Source: Chitinophagaceae bacterium
GTDB lineage: Bacteria > Bacteroidota > Bacteroidia > Chitinophagales > Chitinophagaceae
DNA: 64,000 bases
Assembly (NCBI GenBank): GCA_041691395.1
Contig: JBEPUT010000012.1
Span: forward strand, 1,575 to 65,574
Direction: 5' to 3'
Position numbers and translations under genes: made by a program. The first letter of the stretch is position 1. Each line of letters starts with the position of its first letter. The notes below the pieces were generated by a model, which did not search any database, was not told the origin of the DNA, and saw nothing but the letters and a program-made list of their open reading frames with translations. Below, piece by piece: positions 10,189 to 19,998 of this stretch.

Positions 10189-12108
10189 TCATTTAGGCTC
10201 TTCCGTTCCGCCTTTTTCTTCCTGCTGCAGTTTTTCTTTAATTTCCGCCAGCGTTCCGAGATCACCGAGGGTTGGCTTTTCAACCTTACTCTGGATCGTC
10301 TTCACGGCTTTGCGGGTTTTATCCGCGTCGGTCTTTGCTTCCTTGCGGGCAACATCCTTTTCATCGGCTTTAGCCTGTTCCCAGATGCGGGTATGGGATA
10401 AAACGATGCGCTTTTCATTGCGGTCGAACTCGATCACCATGAACTGCGTGGTTTCATCTGCCTGCACGGTCTTGCCATCTTCTTTGGCGAGATGACGGTT
10501 GGGGGCAAATCCTTCCAGACCATAAGGCAACTGAACGAGGGCACCCTTGTCATCTTTGCGCGTAACTGTTCCTTCATGGATGGTACCGATGGCAAAGGTA
10601 TTTTCCAGCGCGTTCCAGGGATCTTCTTCCAGTTGTTTATGTCCGAGTTGCAGTTTGCGGTTTTCCTTGTCTATACTCAGGATCAGCACGTCAATATGCT
10701 GGCCTACCTTGGTATATTCAGAAGGATGGTTAAAGCGTTTCAGCCAGCTGAGGTCGCTGATGTGGATCATCCCGCCAATACCCGGAGCCAGTTCAACAAA
10801 TACACCATAGGGCGTGATGTTTTTCACCAGGCCATTGTGTTTGCTGCCCTGTGGGAACTTAATTTCGATGGTGCTCCATGGATCTTCGCTAAGCTGTTTG
10901 ATGGAAAGGCTCATCTTGCGCGCGCTCTTATCAAGCGTTACAATACGGGCCTGGTGTTCATCACTCAGTTTGAAAAATTCCTTGGCATTGATCGGTGTAT
11001 TGGCCCAGGTGATTTCACTCACGTGTACCAATCCTTCCACGCCCGGCATGATTTCGAGGAAAGCACCGTAATCTTCTATATTCACCACTTTGCCTTTCAC
11101 GATTTCACCCTCCCTGATATTTTCAGGCAGCACGTCCCATGGATGCGGGGTAAGCTGCTTCAAACCGAGGCTGATTCTTTTCTTACCATCATCGAAGTCG
11201 AGTACCACCACCTGGAGTTTCTGATCCAGTTTAAGCACTTCGCTCGGATGGCTGATCCTGCCCCAGCTGATGTCAGTGATATACAACAGGCCATCCAGTC
11301 CGCCGAGGTCCATAAACGCCCCGAAATCCGTAATATTCTTGATGGTTCCTTCCAACACCTGACCTTTTTCGAGTTTGCTCATGATCTCGGCACGCTGTGC
11401 TTCGATATCGCTTTCGATCAGGGCCTTATGGGAAACGACGGCATTCTTGATGGCATCGTTAACCTTAACTACTTTGAATTCCATGGTTTTTCCAACGAAC
11501 TGATCGTAATCAGTCACTGGTTTCACGTCAATCTGTGAACCCGGCAAGAAGGTTTCCATTCCGAATACATCCACGATAAGACCACCCTTGGTTTTGCTGG
11601 TGACCGTTCCGGTAACCACTTCACCGGTTTTGTGGATCTCCACAATGCGTTCCCAGGCGCGGGTAATGCGGGCCTGTTTGCGACTGAGGTGAAGATGGCC
11701 TTCCCTGTCTTCTTTTTCCATTACCATCACTTCCACTTCATCGCCGCTCTTCAGGTTGGGCAGGTCGCGGAACTCATTCAGGGAAACCAGACCGTCACTT
11801 TTAAATCCGATATTAACAACCACATCGGTTTTAGTGAGACCGACTACTAAACCCTTGATGAGTTCCCCGTCGGTAATGGTGACAAACGTGTTGTCGTACA
11901 CATCGTCATACTTTTCCTTTTCTTCTTTCGTGTAAGCAGCGACATTTCTTTTGTCGATGGTCCAGTCGAAATCATCATGCGGAGTAGGCGCGGGATAGGC
12001 GGTCTTCCCGTTTGCGGCAGGTGCAGTTGTTGTCGCTGTAGCTGTTGCCGTATCGGCAGCGGGCTCCTGTCCTTCAGCGTTTGGGTTAAGAATGTTGTTT
12101 TCTTCCAT
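10189..12108 (-). CDS. rpsA: 30S ribosomal protein S1
   Basis: Six S1 repeats (e.g. FGAFMDLGGLDGLLYITDISW). True start is MEENN at 12108, downstream of the promoter motif. Confidence 0.97.
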   Translation of the reverse strand: MEENNILNPNAEGQEPAADTATATATTTAPAANGKTAYPAPTPHDDFDWTIDKRNVAAYTKEEKEKYDDVYDNTFVTITDGELIKGLVVGLTKTDVVVNIGFKSDGLVSLNEFRDLPNLKSGDEVEVMVMEKEDREGHLHLSRKQARITRAWERIVEIHKTGEVVTGTVTSKTKGGLIVDVFGMETFLPGSQIDVKPVTDYDQFVGKTMEFKVVKVNDAIKNAVVSHKALIESDIEAQRAEIMSKLEKGQVLEGTIKNITDFGAFMDLGGLDGLLYITDISWGRISHPSEVLKLDQKLQVVVLDFDDGKKRISLGLKQLTPHPWDVLPENIREGEIVKGKVVNIEDYGAFLEIMPGVEGLVHVSEITWANTPINAKEFFKLSDEHQARIVTLDKSARKMSLSIKQLSEDPWSTIEIKFPQGSKHNGLVKNITPYGVFVELAPGIGGMIHISDLSWLKRFNHPSEYTKVGQHIDVLILSIDKENRKLQLGHKQLEEDPWNALENTFAIGTIHEGTVTRKDDKGALVQLPYGLEGFAPNRHLAKEDGKTVQADETTQFMVIEFDRNEKRIVLSHTRIWEQAKADEKDVARKEAKTDADKTRKAVKTIQSKVEKPTLGDLGTLAEIKEKLQQEEKGGTEEPK

Positions 12109-12144
12109 ATAAATAAAAATCCCGAAGGTTTTAAATCGGGGCTG

Positions 12145-12152
12145 CAAAAATA
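12145..12152 (-). promoter_or_regulatory. -7 promoter element of rpsA
   Basis: Minus strand TATTTTTG(CAGC) matches TAnnTTTG. Confidence 0.7.
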
Positions 12153-12220
12153 CAAAAAAATCGGCTAAAAAGGAAAGGGGCCTGAATTCAGGGAAAAATG
12201 GCATTAAAAGGTAAAGCCTC

Positions 12221-12649
12221 TTATTTCCAGCCTTTAGACAGGTAATAAGCGTAACCTGTTTCCAGCGCCCGGCCAATGTCCTTCATCAGCGCAGGATCTT
12301 CTTTGGTAATGTGAAAGCAGGTTTTTCCCTGCAATAATTTGAGCAGCTTCACCGGAAGTTCAGGTAATAATTTCGGATTGGTATAAACAGGAAAGAAATA
12401 GAAACCCACATATCCGCTTTGAATCAGTATGGTGGCAAATGCCAGTTCCGGTAACGTTTTCTTGGAAATGACGACTTCCTTATTATAATATACAGAATAG
12501 TTTCCGGGGCCATCGGCGCGGACTATGTAATTTCCCTTCACGTATTTGGAGAGCATTTTCCTAAGCTCTTTAAACAGCGGAGGCAGCGTTGGCTGGCCCT
12601 CGGACTTATCTTCATATTTAACGGACTTCTTCTGACTTACTTTCGCCAT
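12221..12649 (-). CDS. Hypothetical protein, DUF1801/YdhG-like
   Basis: GYVGFYFFPVY...LLKLLQGKTCFHI resembles DUF1801 proteins. Confidence 0.6.
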   Translation of the reverse strand: MAKVSQKKSVKYEDKSEGQPTLPPLFKELRKMLSKYVKGNYIVRADGPGNYSVYYNKEVVISKKTLPELAFATILIQSGYVGFYFFPVYTNPKLLPELPVKLLKLLQGKTCFHITKEDPALMKDIGRALETGYAYYLSKGWK

Positions 12650-12668
12650 GGAGCTGGTTTATAAACCG

Positions 12669-12830
12669 TCAATATAATCTATTTCCATGAACGGCAAGCC
12701 ATTGCAGGGTACTATTTTGAAAGCCATTGTTTTGAATCAGTTTCAGCCAGGCTTGCTTTTGGATGTCTCCCGCAAACCAACCGGTATACATTTTCGGTGC
12801 TTCCCAGACCTTTGCCGGCGCGTTTCTGTG
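12669..12830 (-). pseudogene. Short remnant resembling the C-terminal part of arsenite methyltransferase ArsM
   Basis: 12791-12669 encodes MYTGWFAGDIQKQAWLKLIQNNGFQNSTLQ, similar to the EMYAGCVAGAIQK..YL..I...GF.NI.IQ segment of Bacteroidota ArsM as recalled from memory. It is out of frame with upstream sequence and has no N-terminus. Confidence 0.4.
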
Positions 12831-12856
12831 TCTCTATAACCTGTCTGCTTACATGA

Positions 12857-13102
12857 TTATTTATAGTAAAGGTCGATCTCCCTCCCGAACTCATGGACCA
12901 CTTGAACGAGATCAGGATTTTCCGGAATGGCGGTCCAGAATAAAATACCTCCGGCTTTGACGGCCTTTGTCAAATAGAGGTGGGATTCTTTAAATATGAT
13001 CTGGTAGGTGATCTTGCCCCTGTTTCCGATCAGGTTGCAGGTATAATGACTGCCCTTATATTCGATCTGGATATTTTTTGTACCGGAGGTTTCGTGCATC
13101 AT
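12857..13102 (-). CDS. Small hypothetical protein
   Basis: 81-aa ORF from ATG 13102 with protein-like composition. No family recognised. Confidence 0.55.
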   Translation of the reverse strand: MMHETSGTKNIQIEYKGSHYTCNLIGNRGKITYQIIFKESHLYLTKAVKAGGILFWTAIPENPDLVQVVHEFGREIDLYYK

Positions 13103-13294
13103 AAAATAGAATTTATGGTATACCCTATCGAAAGACAAGGCTCCCGGAGAAAAGTTGCACCGGCCCTGAAAATCAGGAAATGCCATGGGAGAATGTCAGG
13201 ATTTCAGCTGTCTTCCCGCGCTGTCGCCATGTATTGCTCCCACCAGCGCAAAGACTTTGGATAAATTCCGGTTTATTTCTCCAACTTTGCACGG

Positions 13295-13771
13295 ATGGAA
13301 AATATCGTAGACATCAGACCATTGCCTGATGCGGGCGTTTATCAGCTTATCCTGCCGGAACAGGTATCCAGTTTGCTTCAGTTGAAACAACCGGATGGTA
13401 AAATGATGTGTATCATCCACGAAAATAAAATGCAGCTGGAATGGCTTGGCCAAAGGATATGGCAGCAATATCATTTCCTGGATGATGCCTTCATCACCGG
13501 AAAAACAAAACTGATCCGGAAGAAGCGGCTCGCTTTTATTATCCTGATCATGGCAGCGCTGATCAGCATTTTCAGAATCAGCATCGCGGGATGGATCCAC
13601 GTGGATATTATTTACCTGACTGCCTTCCTATTTACCATTGGTGTTATCAGCTGCATGCAGTTGATGAAATATTTTGCGCTGGGCATTACCGGCACAAACA
13701 GGGATCAGGCCTCCGGACAGATTTCAGCATTGAAAGAATTGATCCGGAAGGACTATTCGTCTACAGATTAG
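13295..13771 (+). CDS. Hypothetical membrane protein (two C-terminal TM helices)
   Basis: Two hydrophobic stretches, fills the intergenic gap. Confidence 0.6.
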   Translation: MENIVDIRPLPDAGVYQLILPEQVSSLLQLKQPDGKMMCIIHENKMQLEWLGQRIWQQYHFLDDAFITGKTKLIRKKRLAFIILIMAALISIFRISIAGWIHVDIIYLTAFLFTIGVISCMQLMKYFALGITGTNRDQASGQISALKELIRKDYSSTD

Positions 13772-14270
13772 TTTTATAGGATGTTTCCACTTTGACGCCT
13801 TTGGTCAGGGTTTGATAAACCACGCAATACCTTTCGGTTAATTTGGCCAGGGTTTGAAGTTGCTCGGCGCTTGCCTCCGAATCGAGTATGAAACCCAGGC
13901 GTATTGATTTAAATCCTACAGGCGCGTCCTTTGAAACACCCAGTGTGCCGCGGAAATCCAGATCACCTTCTGCTTTGATCAGGGCATCCCTGATCTGTAT
14001 GCCGATAGCGGTGGACACGGCGCGCAAGGTGACACCCGCACAGGCTACCAGGGCCTCCAGCAGCAGATCCCCCGAACACGCGAGCATACCGTCGCCACCC
14101 GTACCCGGATGCAGGCCCGCTTCCACCAATCCCTTGCCCGTTCCCAGTTTGCAGGAAATACCCTCCCCAATTTTCCCTTCAGCCCGGAGCGTGATAACTG
14201 CGGTTTCAGGGCGCTCCCGGTATTTGTCTTTCAACGGAGCCTGCAGGTTTTTTAGTTCTTCTGATTTCAT
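13761..14270 (-). CDS. OsmC-family protein
   Basis: CSGDLLLEALVACAG and TERYCVVYQTL motifs. Confidence 0.88.
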   Translation of the reverse strand: MKSEELKNLQAPLKDKYRERPETAVITLRAEGKIGEGISCKLGTGKGLVEAGLHPGTGGDGMLACSGDLLLEALVACAGVTLRAVSTAIGIQIRDALIKAEGDLDFRGTLGVSKDAPVGFKSIRLGFILDSEASAEQLQTLAKLTERYCVVYQTLTKGVKVETSYKTNL

Positions 14271-14400
14271 TATTCGATGCGTGATTTGGTGCGCAAAGTA
14301 ATCATTACGGAGAAACCGGGAAAACCTGCCCTGGAATTCATGGGGTCAGCAGGTGCTGGCACGGTTATATAAGAACTATGTTCAGCCCAATAAATCAATT

Positions 14401-14778
14401 ATGGAAAATGACCCGCACAAAAAAGTGCTGCTGGTTGATGATGAGGAGGATTTTTGCGAAATTGTTTGCAGAATCCTGTATAAAGAAGGATATGAGGTTG
14501 TATGTGCACCCTCGCTTAAAATCGCTGCCGAAGAATTGACTCAATATAACCCGCACATTATTTTACTCGATCACAATTTACCGGATGGATTTGGATTAAG
14601 CTTCCTGGAGAATAATAAAGAGGTGCTCAACCATAAGCAGGTTATTTTTATCACGGCCAATTCTTCCCGCGCCCTGATAGATAAAGCTATTTCGCTGGGC
14701 GCATTTCATTTTCTGTCCAAACCCTTTACCCGTTCTGCCTTAAGCAGGGCCGTTTCCCAGGCCGAAAAATCCAGTTAA
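14401..14778 (+). CDS. Single-domain response regulator (receiver)
   Basis: LLVDDEE, ILLDHNLPDG, FITA and FLSKPF motifs. Confidence 0.9.
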   Translation: MENDPHKKVLLVDDEEDFCEIVCRILYKEGYEVVCAPSLKIAAEELTQYNPHIILLDHNLPDGFGLSFLENNKEVLNHKQVIFITANSSRALIDKAISLGAFHFLSKPFTRSALSRAVSQAEKSS

Positions 14779-15041
14779 TTGTTGATGGGATACACCGGCC
14801 CGTAAATTAATCTTTCCACAGTAGCGGGATGGCATAATTTTTAACATTGGGGAATAAATCCATCAACAGCCATTCCGGTGGCAGTCTCATCTGATCGGCG
14901 TTTAACCGGCAAAAGGCACCAGCAACAATGGCAAACGCGATCGCGACCTTATTGCCATTCAGGGGGCCATCCAGTTTTTTCAAAAACCTGGTAATTGCAT
15001 TGACCTGGCCGGCATTGCCAGACAGATACTGGGAATCCTGT

Positions 15042-16520
15042 TCAATGGCATGGTAAAAAAACAGTAAAGGTGGCTCCTTTGCCAGGAATACTGCTGGCTT
15101 CAATTGATCCTTTATGATTTTGAACGATTCTTTTGGAAATGGCCAGCCCGACGCCTGTTCCGGGATATTCCTTCCGGCTGTGCAGCCGTTGAAATAATTC
15201 GAAAATCCTGCCGGCATTTTCAGGGTCAAACCCGATACCATTATCCTGTATCGATATTTTATAATAGGCCATTAGCGGATTCCGGTCCTGTTCCTTACCG
15301 AACTGAATGGATTCTTTTTTACAGGAAATATTGATCTGCATCGGCCTGCCTTTTTGCTGATATTTGATGGCGTTCCCCAGAAGATTTTCAAATAACTGAC
15401 GGATCTGAAACGGAATGCCCCATATATTTATGGGACCAGTCGGGTCCATGCGGATGCTGCCCTCTGGCAATGAATCCTTGTAAAAGATCTTAATCTCCTC
15501 CAATACCTCATGCACATTTACCACCTCAAATTTATCCGTGATGGCGGAAGTTTCAGAATACAGCAGCAGGTCGTCGATCAGGTCCTTCATCCGGATGACT
15601 GAATTCACGGAATTAGTTAAATACGTTTTTTCCTTTTCCGACAGTTTTTCCCCGATGCTTTCCATAATCATAGAATTGTAAAACTGTACTTTCCTTAAGG
15701 GTTCTTTCAGGTCATGAGCCGCCGCATAGGAAAATTGCTGCAGCTCCCTGTTCTGGAATTCCAGTTCTGCGGCATAGTCCTTGACCTTATCCGATGCCAG
15801 CTTAATTTCCGTCAGGTCGCGGGTCACTTTGGAGAAACCCAAAAGCTGGTCCTGCTCATCGTGTATCGCGGTAATAACGATACTTCCCCAGAATTTGCTT
15901 CCATCCTTTCTGAGACGCCAGCCCTCGTGAACAGCTTTACCCCTGTTCACCGCCTCTTCGATCAATTGCTCCGGTAATTTTTTTTGCCTGTCCTCCGGCA
16001 GATAAAATATCCTGAAATTCTTTCCGACAATTTCTTCTGCCAGGTATCCTTTTATTTTCTCAGCACCCTTGTTCCAGTTTTGGATAATACCATTCACATC
16101 CAAAAACAAAATAGCATAGTCCTCAATTTCACCGATCATCTTATGATATCTTTCTTCACTCTTTTTCAACGCATCATTTGCTATTTGGAGTTCCGTAATA
16201 TCCGTCAGGGTATTGACCGCACCGGCTATTTCACCGTATTGATCAAAAATGGGGTTGGACTGCAGAATCACGTTTCGCCTTGTCCCATCAGGCCGTTCCA
16301 GGATAACGCCGGGGCCACCGGAAGGGAAATACCTGTTTTTTCCCTCAACCGGCTTTTCCCCAAAAAGAAGTTCTGCAGCTCGGTTAAAACTGCTGATATA
16401 ACCGGCCGCGTTGGTCAGGTAAGTGGCGGCAGACAGATGCTGTATCATCTCTGCAAGTTGTTTTTCAATTGGCGGGATCTTCTTCCTGCCGGAACCTGAC
16501 TGGTCTGGGACTTCATTCAT
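15042..16520 (-). CDS. Cytoplasmic PAS-PAS sensor histidine kinase
   Basis: Two PAS domains, H-box AAHDLKEPLR, N-box NAIKY, G-boxes DNGIGF and GTGVGL. Confidence 0.92.
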   Translation of the reverse strand: MNEVPDQSGSGRKKIPPIEKQLAEMIQHLSAATYLTNAAGYISSFNRAAELLFGEKPVEGKNRYFPSGGPGVILERPDGTRRNVILQSNPIFDQYGEIAGAVNTLTDITELQIANDALKKSEERYHKMIGEIEDYAILFLDVNGIIQNWNKGAEKIKGYLAEEIVGKNFRIFYLPEDRQKKLPEQLIEEAVNRGKAVHEGWRLRKDGSKFWGSIVITAIHDEQDQLLGFSKVTRDLTEIKLASDKVKDYAAELEFQNRELQQFSYAAAHDLKEPLRKVQFYNSMIMESIGEKLSEKEKTYLTNSVNSVIRMKDLIDDLLLYSETSAITDKFEVVNVHEVLEEIKIFYKDSLPEGSIRMDPTGPINIWGIPFQIRQLFENLLGNAIKYQQKGRPMQINISCKKESIQFGKEQDRNPLMAYYKISIQDNGIGFDPENAGRIFELFQRLHSRKEYPGTGVGLAISKRIVQNHKGSIEASSIPGKGATFTVFLPCH

Positions 16521-16599
16521 TTAATGCTGTGTTACGGCCGTTTTCCATGATTTATAACATCTCGCAAATTCGCATCGTCAGAGCAAGAATTAAAATTTT

Positions 16600-16896
16600 T
16601 AATTTTTCAAAACGATGTTTTCCTTTGTGCGGCATTTCCTAAGTTCCTGCCAGTTTTCCGGGAATATTTTATCCAGCATGCCCGGCTCATCTTCAGAAAA
16701 ATCGGATTTGGTGACGTACATGTTCGCACCGGCATCAAAGGCGTAATGGTAGCCAGCAACTCCATAAGTTGATGGCCATTCTCTACCTCATGAACAGCAA
16801 AATCCAGGTCGGATTGACTAACGGCTTCCACAAAAAAATCCGGTCATCCGGATCATCGTCTGCCAGTAAAATTTGCATTTCCTGGTTATTGATCAT
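16600..16896 (-). pseudogene. Response-regulator receiver pseudogene (frameshifts plus internal deletion)
   Basis: Three frames give MQILLADDDPDDR, then VEAVSQSDLDFAVHEVENGHQLMELL, then AFDAGANMYVTKSDF...LKN*. The phospho-Asp segment and central strands are missing. Confidence 0.75.
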
Positions 16897-16980
16897 TGAG
16901 TACCAGTATTATTGGTCGTTTGGCTAAAATACTACACAAAAGTTCAAAAACGGGATTTTATCGGAATCTTCGTAACTTAA

Positions 16981-16994
16981 TTGATCACAATCAA
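16981..16994. promoter_or_regulatory. Perfect FNR/CRP-family-type palindrome TTGAT-N4-ATCAA
   Basis: TTGAT CACA ATCAA in intergenic DNA about 85 bp upstream of the receiver pseudogene. Confidence 0.4.
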
Positions 16995-17015
16995 CCTATA
17001 ACTGGACTCTGTCCA

Positions 17016-17039
17016 CGCCGGAATCCGGCGCATTTTTTT
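17016..17039 (+). terminator. Plus-strand intrinsic terminator-like hairpin
   Basis: CGCCGG-AAT-CCGGCG followed by CATTTTTTT. Confidence 0.5.
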
Positions 17040-17054
17040 GTTCCTGAATAGATT

Positions 17055-17400
17055 TTAGGCAAACTTTTCATTTAAATTTTTAGCCGGGTCGCCATTCAGG
17101 TCATGATATAAGGAGCTGATGAAAATGGTCTGTGCCGCACCGGGCAGGCCATGACCAGGAAAACGCCCAGCACACGCATTACGATTCTCAGTAACGGTTG
17201 AATAATCCGGCCGAGAAAGAAAAGCGGCACGCAGATGATAAAAAACGAAAGCAGCCTTTGCAGTCCGCAACCGACAGTGGAACCAAGGCTTTCGCCCCAT
17301 TTTTCCCTCATCAGTCCGGCGGATCGTTTAAATGCCTGCAGCGAGCCCGGATTTTCGTAAGCTATGATGGGCAGCACAAAAAGGTGGCAACGCTCCAGCC
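17055..17400 (-). pseudogene. Truncated, frameshifted remnant of a DUF6159-like membrane protein
   Basis: Consecutive frames give GWSVATF, then VLPIIAYENPGSLQAFKRSAGLMREKWGESLG, then AAQTIFISSLYHDLNGDP. This matches the C-terminal half of that family as recalled. The N-terminal half is absent. Confidence 0.6.
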
Positions 17401-17406
17401 GTCTCA

Positions 17407-17640
17407 GTGATTAAGGATAGATTCCAGGCCGAGGAAATTGTGCAGGCCGCATTGCTCAAAGCATTTAAAGGACTTTTCGTTATGGGTACGGCACTCGGCC
17501 TTTTTGTCAATCATTTATTGGCGAACGCCAGTTATTCGCTACCGGGACTTTCACCGGAACAAATTCTTTCATATTTCCAGGTAGGTTTAATATTCTTTTT
17601 TCTTTTCCAGTTGGCCAAAATCTTCAGACTGATCTTTTAA
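17407..17640 (+). CDS. Small hypothetical membrane protein
   Basis: 77 aa, GTG start, two hydrophobic segments. Confidence 0.4.
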   Translation: MIKDRFQAEEIVQAALLKAFKGLFVMGTALGLFVNHLLANASYSLPGLSPEQILSYFQVGLIFFFLFQLAKIFRLIF

Positions 17641-17671
17641 AACCGGGATAGCATTCAGCTTTCTGTTGCGT

Positions 17672-19072
17672 TTATTTCTTATGGCTGTCCGCCATTTCCA
17701 GTGCCGCCGTAGCCGTGTAATATTTTGCTATCATATCGGGCACCTCCCAGACAGGTAGTTGTCCCGCCTTCAGGTATTTCAGATAACGCTGAAGCACCGC
17801 TGAAAAATGCGCTTCATGCCCTACATTATATTTATCCGGAATGACCAGCTTCCATGTTTTGCCGGCTCTTACTGCACGGATACCCGGATGGTCTGAATTC
17901 AATTTTGAGATCGCTTTCTGTAAAGCGGCTTCATACTGCTGATCATTATTTAAGGGTGTGATGTACAGCGTGGGCTCATAATTTTCCGCTGTGCCTTGTT
18001 TTATTTCCAGGTTCGCCACACTTCCTTTCATCAGACAGTAGTAAGTATCGCCGCTGCCTTCAGGTGCTTTGTATCTCCAGCCTGCAGTCAGTTTGATGTG
18101 TATGCCTTTGATCGAATAATCAATCTGACCATTGCCATGCGTATCTAAAATAGTATCGTGCAGCAAATAAGGCTGCAGATAAGAAGGGAAGTGATCGTTT
18201 TGGGTCACCGCAGTAAACTGCGAAAGGGTGATGGGTGTTGGCCAGATCCTCGCATGATGAATGGTAATGTCCTTTTTATAGTCAAGCACCGCTTCGGGAA
18301 AACAGGTCCATTGCACCAAATCTATCAAATGTGTCCCGACATCTGTAATGGCGTCGCCCTGCTGGGCCGGATCAAAAAACCAGGAAGGCCTGGTCAGCGC
18401 TTTGCCGGAAACGAATTTATAAAAATAATGTACACTTTCTATGGTGACTCCGGGCGCTTTTCCGGTACCAGCGGAAAGGGTGCCAAATACATCTGGCATT
18501 TGGACCAGTTCTCTGAGCACCAGGTTGGTGATTTCGGAGCGCTCCGTCATGATATCATACAGCAATACCTGATGCTGCGCCGCCGTAGTAAACGCCTTTT
18601 CCAGTTCCTTAAAATTGGCCGCACGAATGGCCATGGGCTTATCCGAAAGTACGTTCAAACCAGCGCCAACCGACTTTGAAATGTATTGCGTTTTACGCAG
18701 ATTGTTTCCGGCAAGCACAACCACATTTCCTTTTTTTTCTGCAATCATTCTTTCCAAAAAATCATTTCCGGTGTATACTATTTCTGACCAGTGCGTGGGA
18801 GACTCCCTGCGCGTATTGTATTGTTTGATCAGATCCAGGTGGGATCGCAGTTCCGGGCCTTCGGGTGCGTAAACATATACGTTGCTGTCAATGCCCGGGG
18901 ACATGGATTTCTGGACCAGAGCCGCGTGAAAGTGGCCGGGATCCAGGGTAATGAGTTTTATCATGGCGGTGTCGGTCTTACGGCTATCTTTTGGTGACAC
19001 GGAGGACTGGCAACCGGAATTAATCACAGACACTAAAGAATAAATGAACAACAGTCCGGGAAATAGCTTCAT
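17672..19072 (-). CDS. Gfo/Idh/MocA-like oxidoreductase with the 'putative oxidoreductase C-terminal' domain (lipoprotein)
   Basis: LITLDPGHFHAALVQK, LSDKPM, YDIMTER and DVGTHLIDL motifs, with an N-terminal lipobox NSGC. Confidence 0.8.
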   Translation of the reverse strand: MKLFPGLLFIYSLVSVINSGCQSSVSPKDSRKTDTAMIKLITLDPGHFHAALVQKSMSPGIDSNVYVYAPEGPELRSHLDLIKQYNTRRESPTHWSEIVYTGNDFLERMIAEKKGNVVVLAGNNLRKTQYISKSVGAGLNVLSDKPMAIRAANFKELEKAFTTAAQHQVLLYDIMTERSEITNLVLRELVQMPDVFGTLSAGTGKAPGVTIESVHYFYKFVSGKALTRPSWFFDPAQQGDAITDVGTHLIDLVQWTCFPEAVLDYKKDITIHHARIWPTPITLSQFTAVTQNDHFPSYLQPYLLHDTILDTHGNGQIDYSIKGIHIKLTAGWRYKAPEGSGDTYYCLMKGSVANLEIKQGTAENYEPTLYITPLNNDQQYEAALQKAISKLNSDHPGIRAVRAGKTWKLVIPDKYNVGHEAHFSAVLQRYLKYLKAGQLPVWEVPDMIAKYYTATAALEMADSHKK

Positions 19073-19207
19073 AATCTGTTTTCCACATTAAATTCTTTAC
19101 TGATCTGATAAACAGGACCTGACTGAGGCGAAGGCGTTCATGGATACAATATACTAACTTTTCGATGGAACAAATGGCTGCCCCGGGCCAACCACCTGAA
19201 TTGGATT

Positions 19208-19648
19208 TTACGGATTAAATAAATGAACCCCGGCCAAACACAATGAAACTACTTTTATCAGTTCGCCGGCAACAAAGTATACATGCATGTTAGAACGTTC
19301 AACGCGCATTCCGTTAATAAGCAGCGCGGCCCTTTTATTCATAATGGGCAGGAGCCAGATGGTCTGAATTATCAGGACAAACAGGGCCAGGAAGAAGAAA
19401 ACGTCCGGCCAAAATGCTCCCCTGTTCCGGTACCATAAGGCGCTTCCCATAATCATTAGGGCCAATACCCATTCCACTTTATTTAATGCTCTAAAAACCA
19501 ACCGCCCTATGCCAAGGCCTATCGCAAGTGTTACTCCCGGGGCTCGGAACTTCAGCCATGCCTCCATGAAACTGATGGCGGTAACAAATCCAATCCAGAT
19601 AAAAAGACAAACCAAAGCTACCGGCTGTTCGACTGTCCATGTAATCAT
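19208..19648 (-). CDS. Conserved 4-TM membrane protein
   Basis: AISFMEAWLKFRAPGVTL..GLGIGRLVFRALNKVEW motif with four hydrophobic helices. Confidence 0.75.
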   Translation of the reverse strand: MITWTVEQPVALVCLFIWIGFVTAISFMEAWLKFRAPGVTLAIGLGIGRLVFRALNKVEWVLALMIMGSALWYRNRGAFWPDVFFFLALFVLIIQTIWLLPIMNKRAALLINGMRVERSNMHVYFVAGELIKVVSLCLAGVHLFNP

Positions 19649-19896
19649 AAAAAGCTTTTATGCCTGAACAGACAAAAGATCCATCCTTTCGTATGTCCAT
19701 ACAATGGCTGCATAAAAAAATACAACCCAAAGATAACCCGTTTTCATAAATAGAGGACCAAATTGTCCTCTATTTATAATCGCCATTAAAATCATGGAAA
19801 ATTCATGGCTGCGGCCCAGCGGCAGACGTGAACAGGTCATTATACAACCCCCGCAAAATGCGCCCGACTGGAATTTTTTTTCTCGATGAATCCTTC

Positions 19897-19904
19897 TACA
19901 TTTG
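19897..19904 (+). promoter_or_regulatory. -7 promoter element of tRNA-Leu
   Basis: TACATTTG matches TAnnTTTG, 7 nt before the tRNA. Confidence 0.75.
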
Positions 19905-19911
19905 CAGCCCT

Positions 19912-19995
19912 GCCCGGGTGGCGAAATTGGTAGACGCACTGTGTTCAGGTCGCAGCATCCGCAAGGTTGTGCTGGTTCGAATCCAGTCCCGGGCA
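19912..19995 (+). tRNA. tRNA-Leu(CAG)
   Basis: GCCCGGG acceptor stem, CTGTG-TTCAGGT-CGCAG anticodon arm, long variable arm and TTCGAAT T-loop. Confidence 0.97.
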
Positions 19996-19998
19996 CCG

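Noticed and set aside
10492-11538. 348-aa plus-strand ORF, and similar long ORFs at 4202-5017, 39781-40344 and 61801-62679
   Set aside because: These are antisense shadows of clear genes (rpsA, RND permease, AraC, propeller) with no motifs of their own.
12010-12075. Ala/Thr low-complexity repeat near the rpsA 5' end
   Set aside because: This is an ordinary disordered linker in an intact gene.
12109-12276. N-terminal extensions in the ORF track (rpsA to 12276, FAD oxidase to 53830, lipoprotein to 33646, PRODH to 8170)
   Set aside because: They overlap neighbouring genes or promoter motifs. Downstream ATGs give family-typical N-termini.
14807-15241. 144-aa minus-strand ORF behind the kinase
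   Set aside because: It overlaps the kinase 3' end out of frame, has no recognisable motif, and its free part has no good start.
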